In this document: positions 47,792 through 62,272 of the stretch, in pieces
Layout: every line of letters starts with the position of its first letter
Numbering within the stretch: position 1 is the stretch's first letter
DNA from: Marsupella aquatica
Lineage: Eukaryota > Plantae > Marchantiophyta
Assembly (NCBI GenBank): GCA_973895155.1
Contig: OZ316891.1
Span: forward strand, 25,791,899 to 25,855,898
Direction: 5' to 3'
DNA length: 64,000 nt
Notes under the pieces: generated by a model
What the model was told of the DNA's origin: nothing
The model's database searches: none
What the model saw: only the letters and a program-made list of their open reading frames with translations
Position numbers and translations under genes: made by a program

Positions 47792-48647
47792 TGCGATTTT
47801 AATGCTCGACTACGACCAATTGATTGGAAGATAACCTCAAGAACACATGAGATGCTGGACATGACCGGTTAGTCATGGAAGGTGGATCCATTTTTATTTT
47901 CTTTCGGTGCAAATTAATAAATTTGTTGTGCAAGTCTTAGATTACCCCCACGTGGCAAATATGCTTTGCTGGGATCGTCTGTCCTCTCATCCGCAATGTT
48001 CTGATAATTCCGCAGGAAATCCATATCCTCAACACACAACTTGAAGCCGCCAAATCTGACATCATTGAATACTACACAGGTATGTCATTTGTCTTCACCC
48101 TTGAAGTTGAAGTTGATTGTTTGTCTTCACCCTTGAAGTTGAAGGTAATTGAATTGATAAGAACTCAAGGCGACAGTCCAAGGCAGTCAAAATCCATCCT
48201 GGTAGCAAAACTAAGACTCGCATGTTCTTGCTTTGATTAAACTTGTGATCAATGTGTAATATTCTGGAGGCTCAGTGATTTTTGTGTCTGCTGTTGGGCT
48301 GGGTTTGTTCCGCATACAATGTGGAGGGTTCTCTTTGAAAAAGGTAGATTTTCTTACCCGTAACGTAATTTCTTTTTTGCAGGTAGGATTGTTTCTGTCA
48401 CAGCTTGTACATTGTGAATAATACTGCATCCAGATAGACCGGTTGGATTGTGAGACAGAACTCAACAGACTCTGTCCTGACTATGTTACAACAGTGCGTA
48501 TTCCAGTTGAGGTCTTTGGAAGGGTGGCTGGCCTCACCGCAAGTATTGGACTTTAGCATTGGGATCCGGTCCATTATCCCTAGACTTCAGGAGAACTACC
48601 GAACATAGGACTAAGTATTAAGATCAATTAATGTTTCAGAGCAGTAC

Positions 48648-49210
48648 AATCTAGTGACTTGAGTATCTAACAAGAAGAGAGGGTGGTGAATTTATATACA
48701 TCTAAATAGAATCTAGTGACTTGAGTATCTAACAAGAAGAGAGGGCGGTGAATTTATATACATCTAAATAGAATCTAGTGACTTGAGTATCTAACAAGAA
48801 GAGAGGGTGGTGAATTTATATACATCTAAATAATATCGGTATCTAACAAGTAGAGATGGCGAAGTTTATTAGTACCCTCGAATCTAGTGACTTGAGTATC
48901 TAACAAGAAGAGAGGGTGGTGAATTTATACATCTAAATAATATGGGTATCTAACAAGTAGAGATGGCGAAGTTTATTACTACCCTCGATTTCTGGAGAAC
49001 CATCAAACATTAGACCAACGTATAAAGGTCGTTCTAGATTTCACATGAATAGATATATCCAATAGCTTGGGTATCTAACAAGAAGTAGAGAAGGTGGTCG
49101 ATTGGTCGTTCTAGATTCACATGGATAGATATATCCAATAGCTTGGGTATCTAAGCTTGGGTATCTAACAAGAAGTAGAGAAGGTGGTCAGAGAGAAGGT
49201 GGTCGATTGT
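48648..49210. repeat. 61-bp tandem repeat x3 plus recombined derivatives
   Basis: aatctagtgacttgagtatctaacaagaagagagggtggtgaatttatatacatctaaata is nearly perfect three times; gtatctaacaag core about 8 times. Confidence 0.9.
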
Positions 49211-50346
49211 TAGATTTTGCTCTGTCCATTTTGTAAGAAAGATTCTTAGGTATAAAATCAGTAAATTTGGCCAAATGAAAACTCCAGTCAATGGACTCTT
49301 GCTTAACTTTCTCCTTGCTGGGCAGACCATTTTTTGGCCTACCAAGTTAATAGTCTGAACTGCTACCCTTGACCAGTGGTTTTACAAAGCAGGTAGCCCA
49401 CGAAGATACCTCACGGGTCGGAGTTATGCTCTTACTTTGGGCGTTCGATAACCAACAAGATTCAAGATCATAAATTTTCAAAACTTCGAGCTTTTCCTGC
49501 AAAGTATAGATCGCATGAAGAAAGAAAAAAAGTAGCGCACTGAATAAAAGAATATCTGACGACTACAAATGTACTTATAATATGTTACTCATTATGCACA
49601 GAACGACCCTAATTACTGTCAGATAGGTAGCTTCCCCGTCCACAAACTTTCTTAGAAAATTGTAGATTGAGAGAGCTGGCTACTTTACAACTAAGGAGAC
49701 GCGTTTGGTGGATAGGAAAACATAAGAGATATCCGGAAACGAGGTTTCGGTAACATCTCTAGATTGATCGAAATCTCTATTTGATCGATCTAAAATGTCT
49801 AGTTTTCCAAAAATTGAAACATTATGCCGGGGGAACCTCAATGGCAAACTTGGTTAGTCAAATTTGATGGGCATGACATCCAGACTTACCTGACCAAGTT
49901 TGTAAGAGAGCATGAGATTCAAGTTTCAGATGAACGAAAGAGTTAGATTGATCAAATATAGATTTCGTATGACATTCTGCCTCTGAGCTGCCTCCAAGCT
50001 GGAGCAAGAGAAATAATTATACCCCAATAATAATTTGAGGACCATTTCAAAAGATTGACCTGCAACGAAATAGAAGGCACTTCAGAAACAAAGCGTAAAC
50101 GAGAAGAGCAAAATTGAAGATTGAATACTTCGGAATGCAACATGCACCCGATGAAATTAAACTCCATGCATCACACAAGAGTTGACAAGCTTGGATAGCA
50201 TGAGCACAGATACGCAGTATCACATTACCCGCCCCTATTTGAACTTAAGAATGTTCGGAATGCTTATTTAGGTGCCCATGGATTCAACTGTACCGTGAAT
50301 AATTGAATGTAGCTTCGGTACTACTCCAATTGACGTCAAGAGTAGC

Positions 50347-53300
50347 TCAGGATGCCGAAGTGTATGAATAGATCCCTTGGACCCCAAGAAGCAGGTCAAC
50401 AACCTTCCCTGAAAATTCGCGCCAATCCAGTGGTATATAAGAAAAGACAATGAATAGACTTGAAGATAACCAAGAGAGACAAGAGAGATTGAAAGGCGAA
50501 AAGATATACCTGCTAGCATGCCCACCAATGGTATAGGTGACAACATCTTCTCTGCTGCTTCCACCGGTCGTCTGAAATGCATTGAGATTAAAAGACGAGT
50601 TAGAGGCACGTATTTTCTCACAAAGGTGAACGACTATAAAAGATCAACTCTCATCAATTTACCTTGTAAATCGGTCGAAAAATGGATTCCGTAAAACATA
50701 AAAAGCCCAGCGTATTTGCCGCCTTCTTAGCTGTAAGATTACAAGAAGAAGCCGCCAGAATTCCTTGCTAGTTAGACAATTATCTCAGGTTTCTCTTCGG
50801 AATCAGGTGCCAGAAACGGGAACACCCTTCAACCCCAACGATTCGTTTACAAAGTAAACAGAAATTATCTATGCAGGACTCCTCCAGCCAATAGATATTT
50901 ATCCACTCAGGACTCCTCCAGCCAACAGAATTGAACCTAATCAGGACTCCTTTAGCCAAAACTACATGACAAACAGCCGTCTCATGAAAAACCTATGGTA
51001 GAGCCACAATTATGTAGTCAACCACAGTAGAGTTGGGAAGGTAACCTCAAGTGCTTCAGTGGATGATAATGGTATGCGAGAACCTTGTTCCGTGTTAGCC
51101 ACACCAGTCAAGCCCAGTCTTCTTTGAGGTAAAGAAGTTGAGCTAGAGACAAGATACATCCCAGCCAAGTCAATCGATAGAGCTGCTAGCCACGGTCTCC
51201 AAGACTTCAACCCATACCGCCAAACTAACAAAACATATAAAAGCGGCCTGGAGATGAGAAGTACCTCACCACCTACAAAAGCCCTACTCGTACGACTCTC
51301 TACATTCCGTTCTACAGAAGCAGTTCCCGAATAATCTGCAATATCATCCAACAAGAAAACGTCAGAATTTGAGCTGCGAAGAGAGAACTGTCGACCGGAA
51401 TATCCAACACTGAAGAGAAAAATGACTCCCCAACTGCTATAACACAGCACCAAAGATTTATGTAGAGAGTGCCAATAAGAGTTAACGGGTTTACCTATAC
51501 ATGTTTCATTTTGCTTCACGCGCAAGTTGTGCATTCAATTCTCTCACAATCAGTGTTCTAATGAACGAACTTGCTTTAAAATGCATATGAAGATGTCTCT
51601 GATCGCCGCAACATTGGTAAACCCTTAGAACCATGCAGAAAAAATCGGACAGTAACCAGGCAGATGGGGATAAACGATCAAAGGAAGTACACATACAAGA
51701 TGATTGCCCTTGAGGAGGCCTAGATTCTTCTTGAAGCTCTTGCGGCCTTCTTAGCCAGGAAGGTCTGCTCGGCCCAGCATTGTTGGTGAACTTATGCATT
51801 GCTTGCATGGCTCTGCCTTCCAAATCTCGAGAATAAAAGCCTGCACTGGGACCTTCTCTACTTGCGAGGGTTGGCGAGTCCTGCACTGGCCTGCCCAAAT
51901 TCTGTTGTGGTGACCTAGAGGGACCCCTGCCCGAGTCCTTGGTAGCAATGTCTCCGACATTGTTTGACTCTCCTCCATCCAGGAGCATCTTATAGCCATT
52001 CTTCTTTAAAATGACGAGTCTGATGAGAGCCCTGTTTGGCCAAAACGAGACAAACTTTTCAACATAATGCTAAACTTATCATGACTTTACAAGAATTCCA
52101 ATTTATCCTGCTCCATCTCAGGTGCCACAAATCACAAATCTGACCGCTACCAACTGACTGTGCGAATGTGTTCTTACTTGACAAACAGGGAGAAGCCACA
52201 GGTGACCTACTTGATGGCCTCCACAGATGCCACAGGTCCCCATTTCTTGTCTTTACCAAGATAATACTCAGCAATCATCTCAATCAACACCTCCACTTCC
52301 TTCATAACAGAGATGAACAGAGACCAGGGAATCGAATCATCAAATTTTACTTCTGATTCGACTGCGTGATGAGGCCCTGCTCCGGTGCCTCTAGAAGGTG
52401 GAGCTGTTTCGATAATGTGCTGATTCATTACAGTCACTAGTCCCAGTAAGGTTGACACTGCACACCAAAAGGCAAGTTTAAATAGGTTCTTGAATTCTTT
52501 CGGAAGCTTGAAAAGCTATACAGAGTTTCAGGTGTACAAGTTGGTTTTAAACGTCTTCTCCGTACTTCAGGTCCATGCAATTGTTACCATTTTAATTGGC
52601 GAGAAAATTACTTTAACACGAACGAGGTGGTAAACCTTCAAGAAGAGAATCAGTCAATTCGGTTGAATTTAACGTAAGACTGATCCCATTATGTACCATT
52701 AAACTCATTCTTAGAAGTAACAGACCTGGCACTGACCGATCTTATATCTTCAAGTAAAGAAAAGACTAGTTCCCGGAATCTCAACTGGGGACTGGGTCGA
52801 GTTGATGACATACCAGCTTCGGGTGTTAGCTCCGACTCCGTAAATCGCTCTGGCAAGAACCAAGTTGCCGTCTGAAGAACAGCGCAAAGACCCCATGTAA
52901 GCCGAAAGATCAAACTAGCTCTTCAGAATTGGCGGATGAGCATGATCAAGATTGAGGAACAATTGCAACTCGAAAAGCTCAGAAGACGGGACAGCAGAGC
53001 TGTTCCATCGTCAAGACCTCAAACCATGAAGAGAGAATTGACACTCTTGTCAACAGCATTCTACCTTTCTAGGGATTGAAACCCTAAAACGAAAGAGGAG
53101 GAGGAGGAGATCAGGGCCAGACAGAACGATAGACAGATCCAACAGACGAGAAACCCAAAACCCTACCCGTCAGGTTCCAAAAACCTTGAAACAAATGTGA
53201 GACAAACAAATAGAAAAATGAAAAGCCAAAAAGTCAAACATCACAAAGATGGCAGAAAGTGAGACAGAGAGGTGAATTTCCCGTCACAGTTAGGAAAGAA

Positions 53301-53384
53301 ACGCCTTCTTACACTTGCTAGGCTTTCGAACGAGGAGACCCATTGCCGGTTCTGCCTGACCCAAGATTTGTACGAGTCCATCAT
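50347..53384 (-). CDS. PEX16: Peroxisome biogenesis protein 16 (SSE1 orthologue), about 8 exons: 53384-53313, 52871-52814, 52457-52211, 52031-~51697, ~51409-51046, 50730-50663, 50571-50510, 50408-50347
   Basis: MDSYKSWVRQN...TWFLPERF..SE..PEAV, KALIRL...GYKMLLDGGE, GEVLLISRPLLYV...SWRPW, ELRRR...YVLRNPFF, terminal YSYTSAS; exon 4/5 junction phase not resolved. Confidence 0.9.
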
Positions 53385-53984
53385 AACCCGCCACACAAAC
53401 AAGTTGCTCGCCGGCTAACGAGCCGGGCAAACAGACCTATCCGCGGAAAACGCTCTTCACTCCACCTCCCGGCCCTAATTGTAGCTACTGCTCATGCTCG
53501 TCCTCGTCCTCGAGACAAAAGCGAGAGAAGGGCAGGCCCTAGGTCCCATCTCCGCTCTTCAGCTCGAGATCTTCGAGTCTTGCTGAACCGATCTTCATCT
53601 CCGTTTTCCTCTTTCCATTCTCACGGCTGCCTCGCCCTCCCGCCGACAGAATTGTCAGCTACTTCACTCAATTCAATGCAGCGTACTGGGTCACAAACAA
53701 TTTGCTTTGCGTGCGTGTTTGCATCTCGTGCTGGGACACAAACAATTTGCTTTGCGTGTGTGCTTTCATCTCTCTCGCTGCACAACTTTTTCTCGATGAG
53801 AGTGAGAGAGAGTCCCTCTGCATTTCCTTCGTACTGGACTCGTGTCTCTTTCGTGGCGCGAATGAATCGTGAATATACATTAAGTGATCGTGTCTTCACT
53901 CCACTGACTCAACTCTTGATATTAATTAGAGCGTCGTGGCACTGACTCAACTATTAATATTAATTAAGGAGTCAAATGTGTCAA

Positions 53985-55260
53985 TTTGATGGACCTTAAT
54001 TTTCTAGTCATGGGTTATGGACACAAAAAATTGATGGACCTTACTCTCTAGTTATGGATTATGGACACAATTGGGTTATGGACGCAAAAAGTTGATGGAC
54101 CTTAGTTTGTAGTTATGGATTATGGACACAAAAAGTTGATGGACCTTAAGTGTCTAGTTATGAATTATGGACACAAAAAGTTATGGACTACAGAATTCAT
54201 AGAATTGAGGATTCCTGTCTTCAGTGCAGTGATGCAACTATTAATATTAATTAGTGCGTCTCAAAGCTGACAATTTGATGTAAACTCTCTAGTAATGGAT
54301 TACGGACAACTTTTACCTTAGCTCTCTAGTTATGGGTTATGGACACAAAAAATTATGGACTACATAATCCATAGTCCATAATTTTTTGCTAGAAGGATTG
54401 GTCTTATGCCATAACCATTAGTCACTATAGAAGCTGGTGAAAGAAAAAAAAAACAAAAAGAACTTTGACACAATCATCTCTTGTTTATGACCAAATGCCA
54501 TCATCCGTAATTTTCAAGCTTTGAAAAGGCCTATTAGGGAGTCTCAAACCTTAAAATTTGATGAACCTTAAATTAGTAGTTAAGGTCATGGACATAAAAG
54601 GTTGCAGCTTTGAACTAATTTTTTAGTGAAGATGTTTTAAATGACAATATACCACTCGGGCATCTCAAAGCTTAGAAATTATGCATGATGGCATTCTGTC
54701 GTAAGAGAATAGTCATAACTTTTTCACAAGGTTATGTAAAAGCTCTTTTTTTTCTGTCACCAGCCTCTACGGTGACTGATGGTAATGGCATAAGACCAAT
54801 CCTTATGGCAAAAAGTTGTGACAATGAAATTCATAGTCCGTAATTTTTTGTGTCCATGACCAGTCACTAGGGAGTTAAAGTACTGTTGCCAACATCAAAT
54901 TACTTCCTAATTTCTATATGGGCAACAAGTTTACCAACATAACCAGGGTGACTATATCATAACACCACAGCATATTTGTATTTACAACAAAAACAGTGGT
55001 AGTTAGAAGCTGTGACAAGTTATGGACAGCCAATTAGTAGTTAAGGTTTCACAGCGGTGACTCAGCTATAGCATCTCAAAGCTTAAAATTTGATGGACCT
55101 TAATTTAGTAGTTAAGGTTCGGGACATAGAAAGTTATGGACTACCCAAAACTTAGTACTAAGGTTTCACCGCAGTGACTCAACTATTCGGGCATTTCAAA
55201 GCTTAAAATTTGATAGACCTTAAACCTAGTAGTTAAGGTTAGGGACATATAAAGTTGTGA
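53985..55260. mobile_element. Cluster of Tourist-like MITE copies and fragments with tandemly amplified subterminal repeats
   Basis: GGGNRTCTCAAA-type ends at 54254, 54537, 54658, 55070 and 55188; 54335-54531 is an inverted copy of 54658-54862; ttgatggacctta...gttatggacacaaaaa units repeated. Confidence 0.7.
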
Positions 55261-56013
55261 ATTTCCTGTAATTTATGAGTTCAGGAAGTTCCTGTAAGTT
55301 ATGAATTTCCTGCAGTTCTATACATATCCAATTTTGTGAGCACCCTCAAAATCTGTTTTGGTTCCATAACATTTTAAGCATACTTTGCTTGAGATTTTGG
55401 AGCATGTTCAAACATCACCTGAGGGCTTTGTCCATATGAGACTGTTTATAGAATAGATTGCAAATGTTTTAAACTGGCTGTTTTCTTGTGTGGTTTAAAA
55501 CCATCATTTTCAAATGAAGTTTAATCTCTTTCTTCCTCTGTCCTCTTTTGAGTTTGTTTCATTCCCAATTGCTGTCCCTCCTCACAATTGAAAGTACCCG
55601 GTAGGCAACTACCATTTCGGAGTGGCTGTAAACACAGTTCTGATTGAGGTCTTCAGATTCTATTCTATGTCAGGAAAACATGCATTATTTGTGGGAGATA
55701 CCACTAGTTTGTGTCTTGAACTTCAATTAGTCCAACATTCATCTCCTAAAAAGTCATAGTGAGAAAGATTGTCCTGTGAGTTTGGAGCCAATCATCTTTC
55801 TTATAATACAAACTAAACTCCTCTAATATGTGTATTTATTAATGGCTCAAAACCCAATGAATCCTGTGTGATCCATCATCTTGACAAAAATTGTTGGCTA
55901 CGAGGAATCCAACCCTGTTAGAACAAAATATTCTCATATGCTAAAAATATATATATCTACAGCCTAAATCTTGGTGCACATTAATCTGATAAGTACAAAC
56001 ACTACATTTGATC

Positions 56014-57866
56014 TTAGCCAAAAGGCCGGGATTCGACTAGATTTGCGGATGCACCACTGCTTTTTTCCTGACCATTTCGTGCCCCCATTTGTGTCTCACT
56101 TGCGGTCGCACTAACATCCATACTTTGGCTGGTTTCACTTGGAGTTTCTTCTGTAACACTTGGAGTCATATCAGTAGAAGCCTCACTTGGGGATGCTTCA
56201 ACTCTCTCAGCTGCATTTGTGTTTAATGACTGTTCACTTCCTAAACTTGACCCTGATTCTTGTGTAACTGGTGTCAATGCCATAACAAGTTCATCTAGTA
56301 CTTTTGCATCAATATCTGGCGATACGGATTGCACAACTTCAACAGGAGACAGCTGCTCTGGTTCAGGTTCAGGTTCTGGCAATATGGGATCTTCCTTAAG
56401 AAGTGTTGATTGTACTTCACTCTCTACCATTTCCTCTGAAGGCATGTTCTTATCTGATTTTTTGACCAGATCAAGGGCGCTTGTGAGCATCTCTTGTTGG
56501 ACTCGGATGCTCTTGCGAGCACTCATGGGGTTTGACAACTTCAACTTCTTGTACATTTCTACAAGATAATTACCCTTTGCAGTTGGTGGTGGCAATCTGA
56601 AGTATAATGTTCACAGAGTGACAATGTTAGTACAGTCCAATGAAATTGTACCCAAGTCCTCACTGCATCACTCGAAATTCAATCTCAGTTCTGACTCAAT
56701 GAAATGAGTTTAATGTGTTATTTGTTGAAGCTCCTTTGGCATTCACTATTGAGAAAGTTTGTTCAAAACATTTCTGGTTTATTAAGCTTAGTCCTCACAG
56801 GAGGGAACAGGCATTGTTAAGATGTAGCCAATGCAGAAGACATGAAATCTTTTACAGTTGAGTACAGATTTGGTCCAAAAGAATGTCTGGTTTATGCAAG
56901 CTGCTTGAATCAGGTGAGGGAACATGCATGTTTAAGATGTCACCAATGTAGAAAACAAGAAATCTCTTAAAGTTGAGTACAATGATCTAGGTCTGTTCCC
57001 ATTGACAAGAAAAATGTCTGGGAAAAAACAAACCTGAATGCATCGCCTTTGACAAGAGGGTCTCCTCTCCTCTTCAAATGGCAAAATGTGCTTCTTGGGC
57101 GATTATGGATTTTTCGTAAACGATCCAACATCTCATGGTTCTCTTTCTCGATTCCATAAAGTCTGACTGGACGAGATATAGTTGTAAGAATTTGGTTCAT
57201 GGATCGTCATAGACAAACAATTTTGCTCCGCGTGAAGTGAGATGCAGGGTGGCAGTGAGATAAGTGGGCTTCTATGAGACGTACACTCTTCTGAACAGGA
57301 CTTCCACCAGCTAGGGACATGTGCATTTTCACCTTTGTTAAAATCATTGGTTAGAATTGAGTGCCATGACAGAGTATTTCACACGACTGATAGTAAGTTG
57401 ATATTTTGGATCTATGGCCATTTAGAATACCAGTCAGACTTACTACCTATCCCATGTGGCCCAAGCTTTGTTGACTTTAGGATTGTACACTTTTTAAGTT
57501 TTGTTTTTAGAATTTGATGTCTTTTAAGGGTTGTATTCTCAGGCAAGAAGACGCACTTTGTTCATGCTCTTCCCTGTATCTCCTTGATTGAGCTACATTT
57601 CGTCTCTTTGGTGGCCCGCTATCCACCACAGGTTTCATTGTCCTTACCTTAGACATCATTTTCAATATGTCTTTCTGAAACTCCCATTTCATGATTGGTG
57701 TGATTCTTTGTTGGCGCTTTTGTCTATTGCCAATTGCTTGGCTTGTGAACTCTGAATTCCTAGTATACTCAAAGTCTGACCCTAAGACAGTGCGGTTATG
57801 CCCCTTTGCAGCTGCTCGGCCCGGAAAGTCCTCACTCCCATAGTTGAAATCTGCCATCACTGTCAT
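56014..57866 (-). CDS. CFAP97/Hemingway (KIAA1430)-domain cilia-associated protein; exons 57866-57557, 57166-57034, 56596-56014
   Basis: KVRTMKPVVDSGPP...IEKENHEMLDRLRKI motif; phase-compatible GT-AG junctions; acidic S/T-rich tail. Confidence 0.7.
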
Positions 57867-58959
57867 TTTGGCAACTAGTCTTCTGCCACTGGATTATCTT
57901 AGTTTGTCTGCAATCAGTACAGGTACAAAAGTTTGTTAATGGCTACTGTTAGCATCATATTCTCCAAAAGGATTCGCCTACACAAGAGATTTGCTATCAA
58001 AAGGGTGTAAATTGCCTTGCTGTAGCTAAGCTAACCCAAGAGTCTGTCTGTTCATAAATGCTTTTCTCTACTTTGCTTAAAATATGTTTGTAAAAAGCAT
58101 ATTAAAACAAAAAACAAGTTTGTAAGTTCTGATAATGAGGATGTATTTGAGAGGTAAATGGAAGCATAAATCTACAACTTTTTGGTAAGGAGTTGGGAGG
58201 CATGATTTTTACCAAAGTTAGGTAGGTGTCACCGTTCAACAGAGGATCCTTTCTTCTTTGTTAAGAGTACTGTGCAAATAAATCATGGGCACATTTTGAA
58301 GAGGTCAAGTCCTTGTGTAAACCCAACTGATGCTCAAATGAAGTCAAAGACAAGCACCATGACTTTAAATCATGTAGAGAAGATAAACTTGCTTCACTAA
58401 GCCTGTTCCGACGTGTAATATATCTAAATGATTCAAAGCCTCGTTGAAGAACTCTAGTATTTGATTTATAGAGCTTAAAATCATTCAAAGATCCCAGAGC
58501 TGCAAAGCAAACTGCCTAGCTAGAGTCATATTCTAATGCAAAGGTGTGCCCAATTGTTAGGCCTTAAAAAATCCTAAGGGGCCCTGGGTGGTGACTAGTC
58601 TGGGATCTTGGCTAGCCAACCACAGAACACAACTTCTTGGGGGGTTGGGGTTGGGGCTACAAGGCATGGAACAGGAACCTTGTTTCAATCCACACCAACA
58701 CAGCAGAATCACAAAACAGCCCATGTGCCCAAGGAAGTGTAAGCTATAGAAGCCCAAAAGAGTAAGTACATATAACCTCGAGACTTCTTGCTTATAGAGA
58801 TTTCTATCCCAAGCAAGAAACCTATCACATTTGAATTCGCCTGGTCAGCCCATAGCTTTGCCTTACGCGATGAAAAATCCTCTTTCCATTCACCCCCTTC
58901 TCCAGCTTGGGCAAGCTTTGACATTGTGAAGGCAAAGCTGAAACTCTCTTCAAACTCTC

Positions 58960-59386
58960 GTAGACTTCCTGTCAAAACCTTGCTTCGCAGATTCCTGAAC
59001 CTCATCAACGCTCGCGCTGCAAAATTCTGAGTTCGAGAGGGTTTTGTCATCTCACTTCCATGCCAAAATCTTGTTTCCCAGTGAGGGGCTGATCGACTCT
59101 CATGCACGAGAGATCTGAAGTGAACAAAATTGAGAGATTCTCGTCTCAAATTCAAAGGTCCAGACTCCTCTTTGGGCAATTGTCGAGGTAGACTTCATGT
59201 CAAAACCTTGCTTCGCAGATTCGTAAACCTCATCAGCGCTCACGCTGAAAAAGTGTGAGTTCGAGAGATTTTTGCCATCTCATTTCCATCTTAATTCCCA
59301 GGGGCTTTACAAGAGATCTGAATTGAACAAATTTGAGAGATTCTTCTCTCAAATTCAAAGGTCCTGACTCCTCTCTGGGTAATTGT
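58960..59386. repeat. Tandem duplication of ~225/200 bp
   Basis: gtagacttc.tgtcaaaaccttgcttcgcagattc...caaattcaaaggtcc.gactcctct.tggg.aattgtc at 58960-59184 and 59188-59386. Confidence 0.85.
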
Positions 59387-60154
59387 CCACACTCTACTCA
59401 TTTGCAGTTCAGCATTTCTAGGCTTGTGGTTTGTGAATTGTTGAATCACACTCAGGGAGAGCGGTTCTCAGCGTCAAATGTTCCTTCGATCTCCGTCACA
59501 CCATGTCACCAATATTCTTTAGTGCAGTTTAACGAGTCAGCTTGAAACAGCATGACAAATGCTTGATGTTTCTTTTGTCGTCATGTTGTTGAACAGAGGT
59601 AGCAGTGCAGAAATATGCCCTGGGTTTCTCACCTACAGTGCAAATGAGATGAACTGTTCACAACTGAGGTTGTCTCCTATGCCGCCGGCGCATTGCATGA
59701 ACTTCTCTTACTATGTCCATGTGTCAAAAAATTTGACGATTGTCGACATTCCTTCGAGACTGTAAAGCATCAAAATTAGAGAGTAGTAGAAACCGTCCCG
59801 TCTCTCCATTGATGCCTTCCAGTGAGTGAAAACTTGAATAAATTCAGTTAGGCAGGAACAGAACATTTCGTGAGGCCAAACCACCGGGAAATCCCACTTA
59901 GCTAGTTACAATTCTTGTAGCCATTAAGACCAGGCTCAGATCCTCGTACCAGGGAATCCAGGCAAGCAGGCCGCAAGTTACTACATAGCTACGCTATTTT
60001 CTGTCTGGCGGCCTCAATTTGGTCCTCTCGTACACTTACGTGTATACAAGCGAACGAACAGAGTGTGTGAGCGGTCTAGAGGCAGAGCACTATTGTAAAG
60101 CTCTAAGAAGCTCTAAGAAGACGACCAGACCTGAGCTTAAGAAATTCAACCTAC

Positions 60155-60385
60155 TTAGGTGAGAAAATGTTGGGCAGCTGGGAGACGATTTCATATCAGG
60201 TGTGAGCAATTTAGGGCAGCGCGGAGCAGATATGTCTGCTGCAGAATATATTTTCATGCGAGGTGAGCTAGTTGAGGGCAGCGCGGAGCAGATACGTCTG
60301 CGGAAGAATTTCATGCGAGGTGAGCAAGTACTGTAGCGCGGAGCAGAACGTGTCTGCGGAAGATTTTCAAGTGAGGTGAGCAATT
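60155..60385. repeat. ~55-bp tandem repeat x4
   Basis: aggtgagc...gcagcgcggagcaga...gtctgc...tttcatgcg recurs. Confidence 0.8.
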
Positions 60386-62007
60386 TTTATTAAGTTGCTT
60401 GGAATAGAAAACGTTTACTTCAGGTGATCAAACATTAGGAGACAAAGAAGCGAACAGGGTAGGCTAGGTGACGCACAACTCTCGTGAGCATGACCCAACA
60501 ACAGTGATTTAGCTCTTCGCGTCTGTCTGGTGTAGCTAGTGTTGCAGAGAGACTGCTGCTACATGGGAGTAGTGAGAAAAAGCCATAAGCGTGCTTCACG
60601 ACAGAATGATTCCCTTCGTGCTTGTCTGCGCCAGGTAGCCACGTACGTGCCCCACCTTTCTAACTGTTAAGCAGCTGCACGGAAGGATCATTGTGGACTT
60701 GTGGAGGCCAAATGATAGCAGCATCCGCCGGAGGCCCATATCAAATCGCCAGGTCAAAAGAATCGGAAAGCGTGGAGACAAACAACTCGAGTTTTCGCAC
60801 AAACAGCTTGGCTGGACAGAATCCAAGAGCCAGGACCACAACCGAATGTGGCCCTTTGATTTGAGGTTCAGATCGTCCATCCACGCAAGTATTATATCTT
60901 TAGTTTTCTACTTGCCTCCCTCAATTCGCTTGTCTGAAATTGAATCTACAGGACAGTACGTAAGTTATGTAATGTACGAGAGTGGCGTCCAGGCGAGGAG
61001 GGGGGCCCCCCATTGTACACCTTCAAGAGAGGTGAAGGGAATTCAAAACATTTAGAGAGAGACTCGCGTGAACCTGGTGGCGGGACCGAATCCAGAAGGG
61101 CAGCACAAGACTGGAATTTCTGGGCACTAGCTAGACCTTACAATTCAGATACGAGATTCCACCCAGCCTATCCTTGCTCGATTGTGAACTCAAATACAGA
61201 GTCATTCAAATGAATCGGCTAGAGACGAGAGAATGACATCACTGAATTGAAAGCGCTTTGGACACACACCGACTAGAAGAATCGGCTAGAGAGAAGAGAA
61301 TGACATCACTGAATTGGAAACGCTTCGACGCAAACCGACTAGAATTCAGGAGAGGAAGAGAAATCACATGTGGCCGATACACTCGATGTTCGACGATCTA
61401 GACCTTCCAATTCGGATCTGAGATTCGGCTTGAGCCCAAATGATGCCATTCTTGCTCGAAAACGAAAATCTGTACAAAAACAAATCCTTTTACTGAACAG
61501 ATCAGAACAGAACAGGACAGGGCAGGACAGCCTGAGGGAGGGAGAGCTACACGAGGAAGCCGGTCTTCAAGGGAAGGGACACTTCATGTGTCTCCTCAGC
61601 AGAGAAAAAGAGATCGAGGAAGCGAGCTACAAAAAGAGGGGCCTATGGATGTGAAGAATGTTCTGCTACCCAGCACCACACACGCTCCAGGATAGTGTGA
61701 CTTGCCCCAAAACAGATGGTCTGAGGTCAAAATGTGAGAGTGATGTCCAGACGCAACCTGCCGCATGATTGTTCCTGGATTGTGTGATTCAACACTAGGA
61801 CCCAGCTTGCTGCTTCCTGGAACTCTCCCTTCCCTTTACTCAAAAGGGTGTCCCCTTTAATTCGAGTTTCCGAATCACATCCACACTTCTAGCTCGAACT
61901 CTTGAAAAAGCAGGAGATTGGACACCAAAAGTGAGCCCCCCCCTGTAAAGTGGAGCCCTTGAGACCCGTCCAATGAAGGGAGGTTTCTTCTAGTTGTTCT
62001 CTCCAAT

Positions 62008-62272
62008 GGGGCGTCTCAAAGCTTCATAATTAAGGACAATGGCTTTTATCCATAAACAAATGGCCATAGATTATTCACATGGTTGTGTAAAAGTTTTTTT
62101 GTCTTTTTCACTAGCCTCTGTAGTGACTTGTAGTCATGGCTTATGACCACCTCTTTAGGGCAAAAAGTTATCTACCATGAATTTGGTGGTCCAGAACTTG
62201 ATCCATAACTTTTGCTGTCTGTAACCCTAACTACTGAGGTAAGGTCCATCAAATTTTGGGGTTTGAGACCCC
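62008..62272. mobile_element. Near-complete Tourist/PIF-Harbinger-like MITE, ~265 bp
   Basis: TIRs GGGGCGTCTCAAA and TTTGAGACCCC followed by TAA; body collinear with 54658-54870. Confidence 0.7.

Noticed and set aside
53343-53945. 200-aa plus-strand ORF
   Set aside because: Non-ATG start, overlaps PEX16 exon 1 and promoter antisense, no domain
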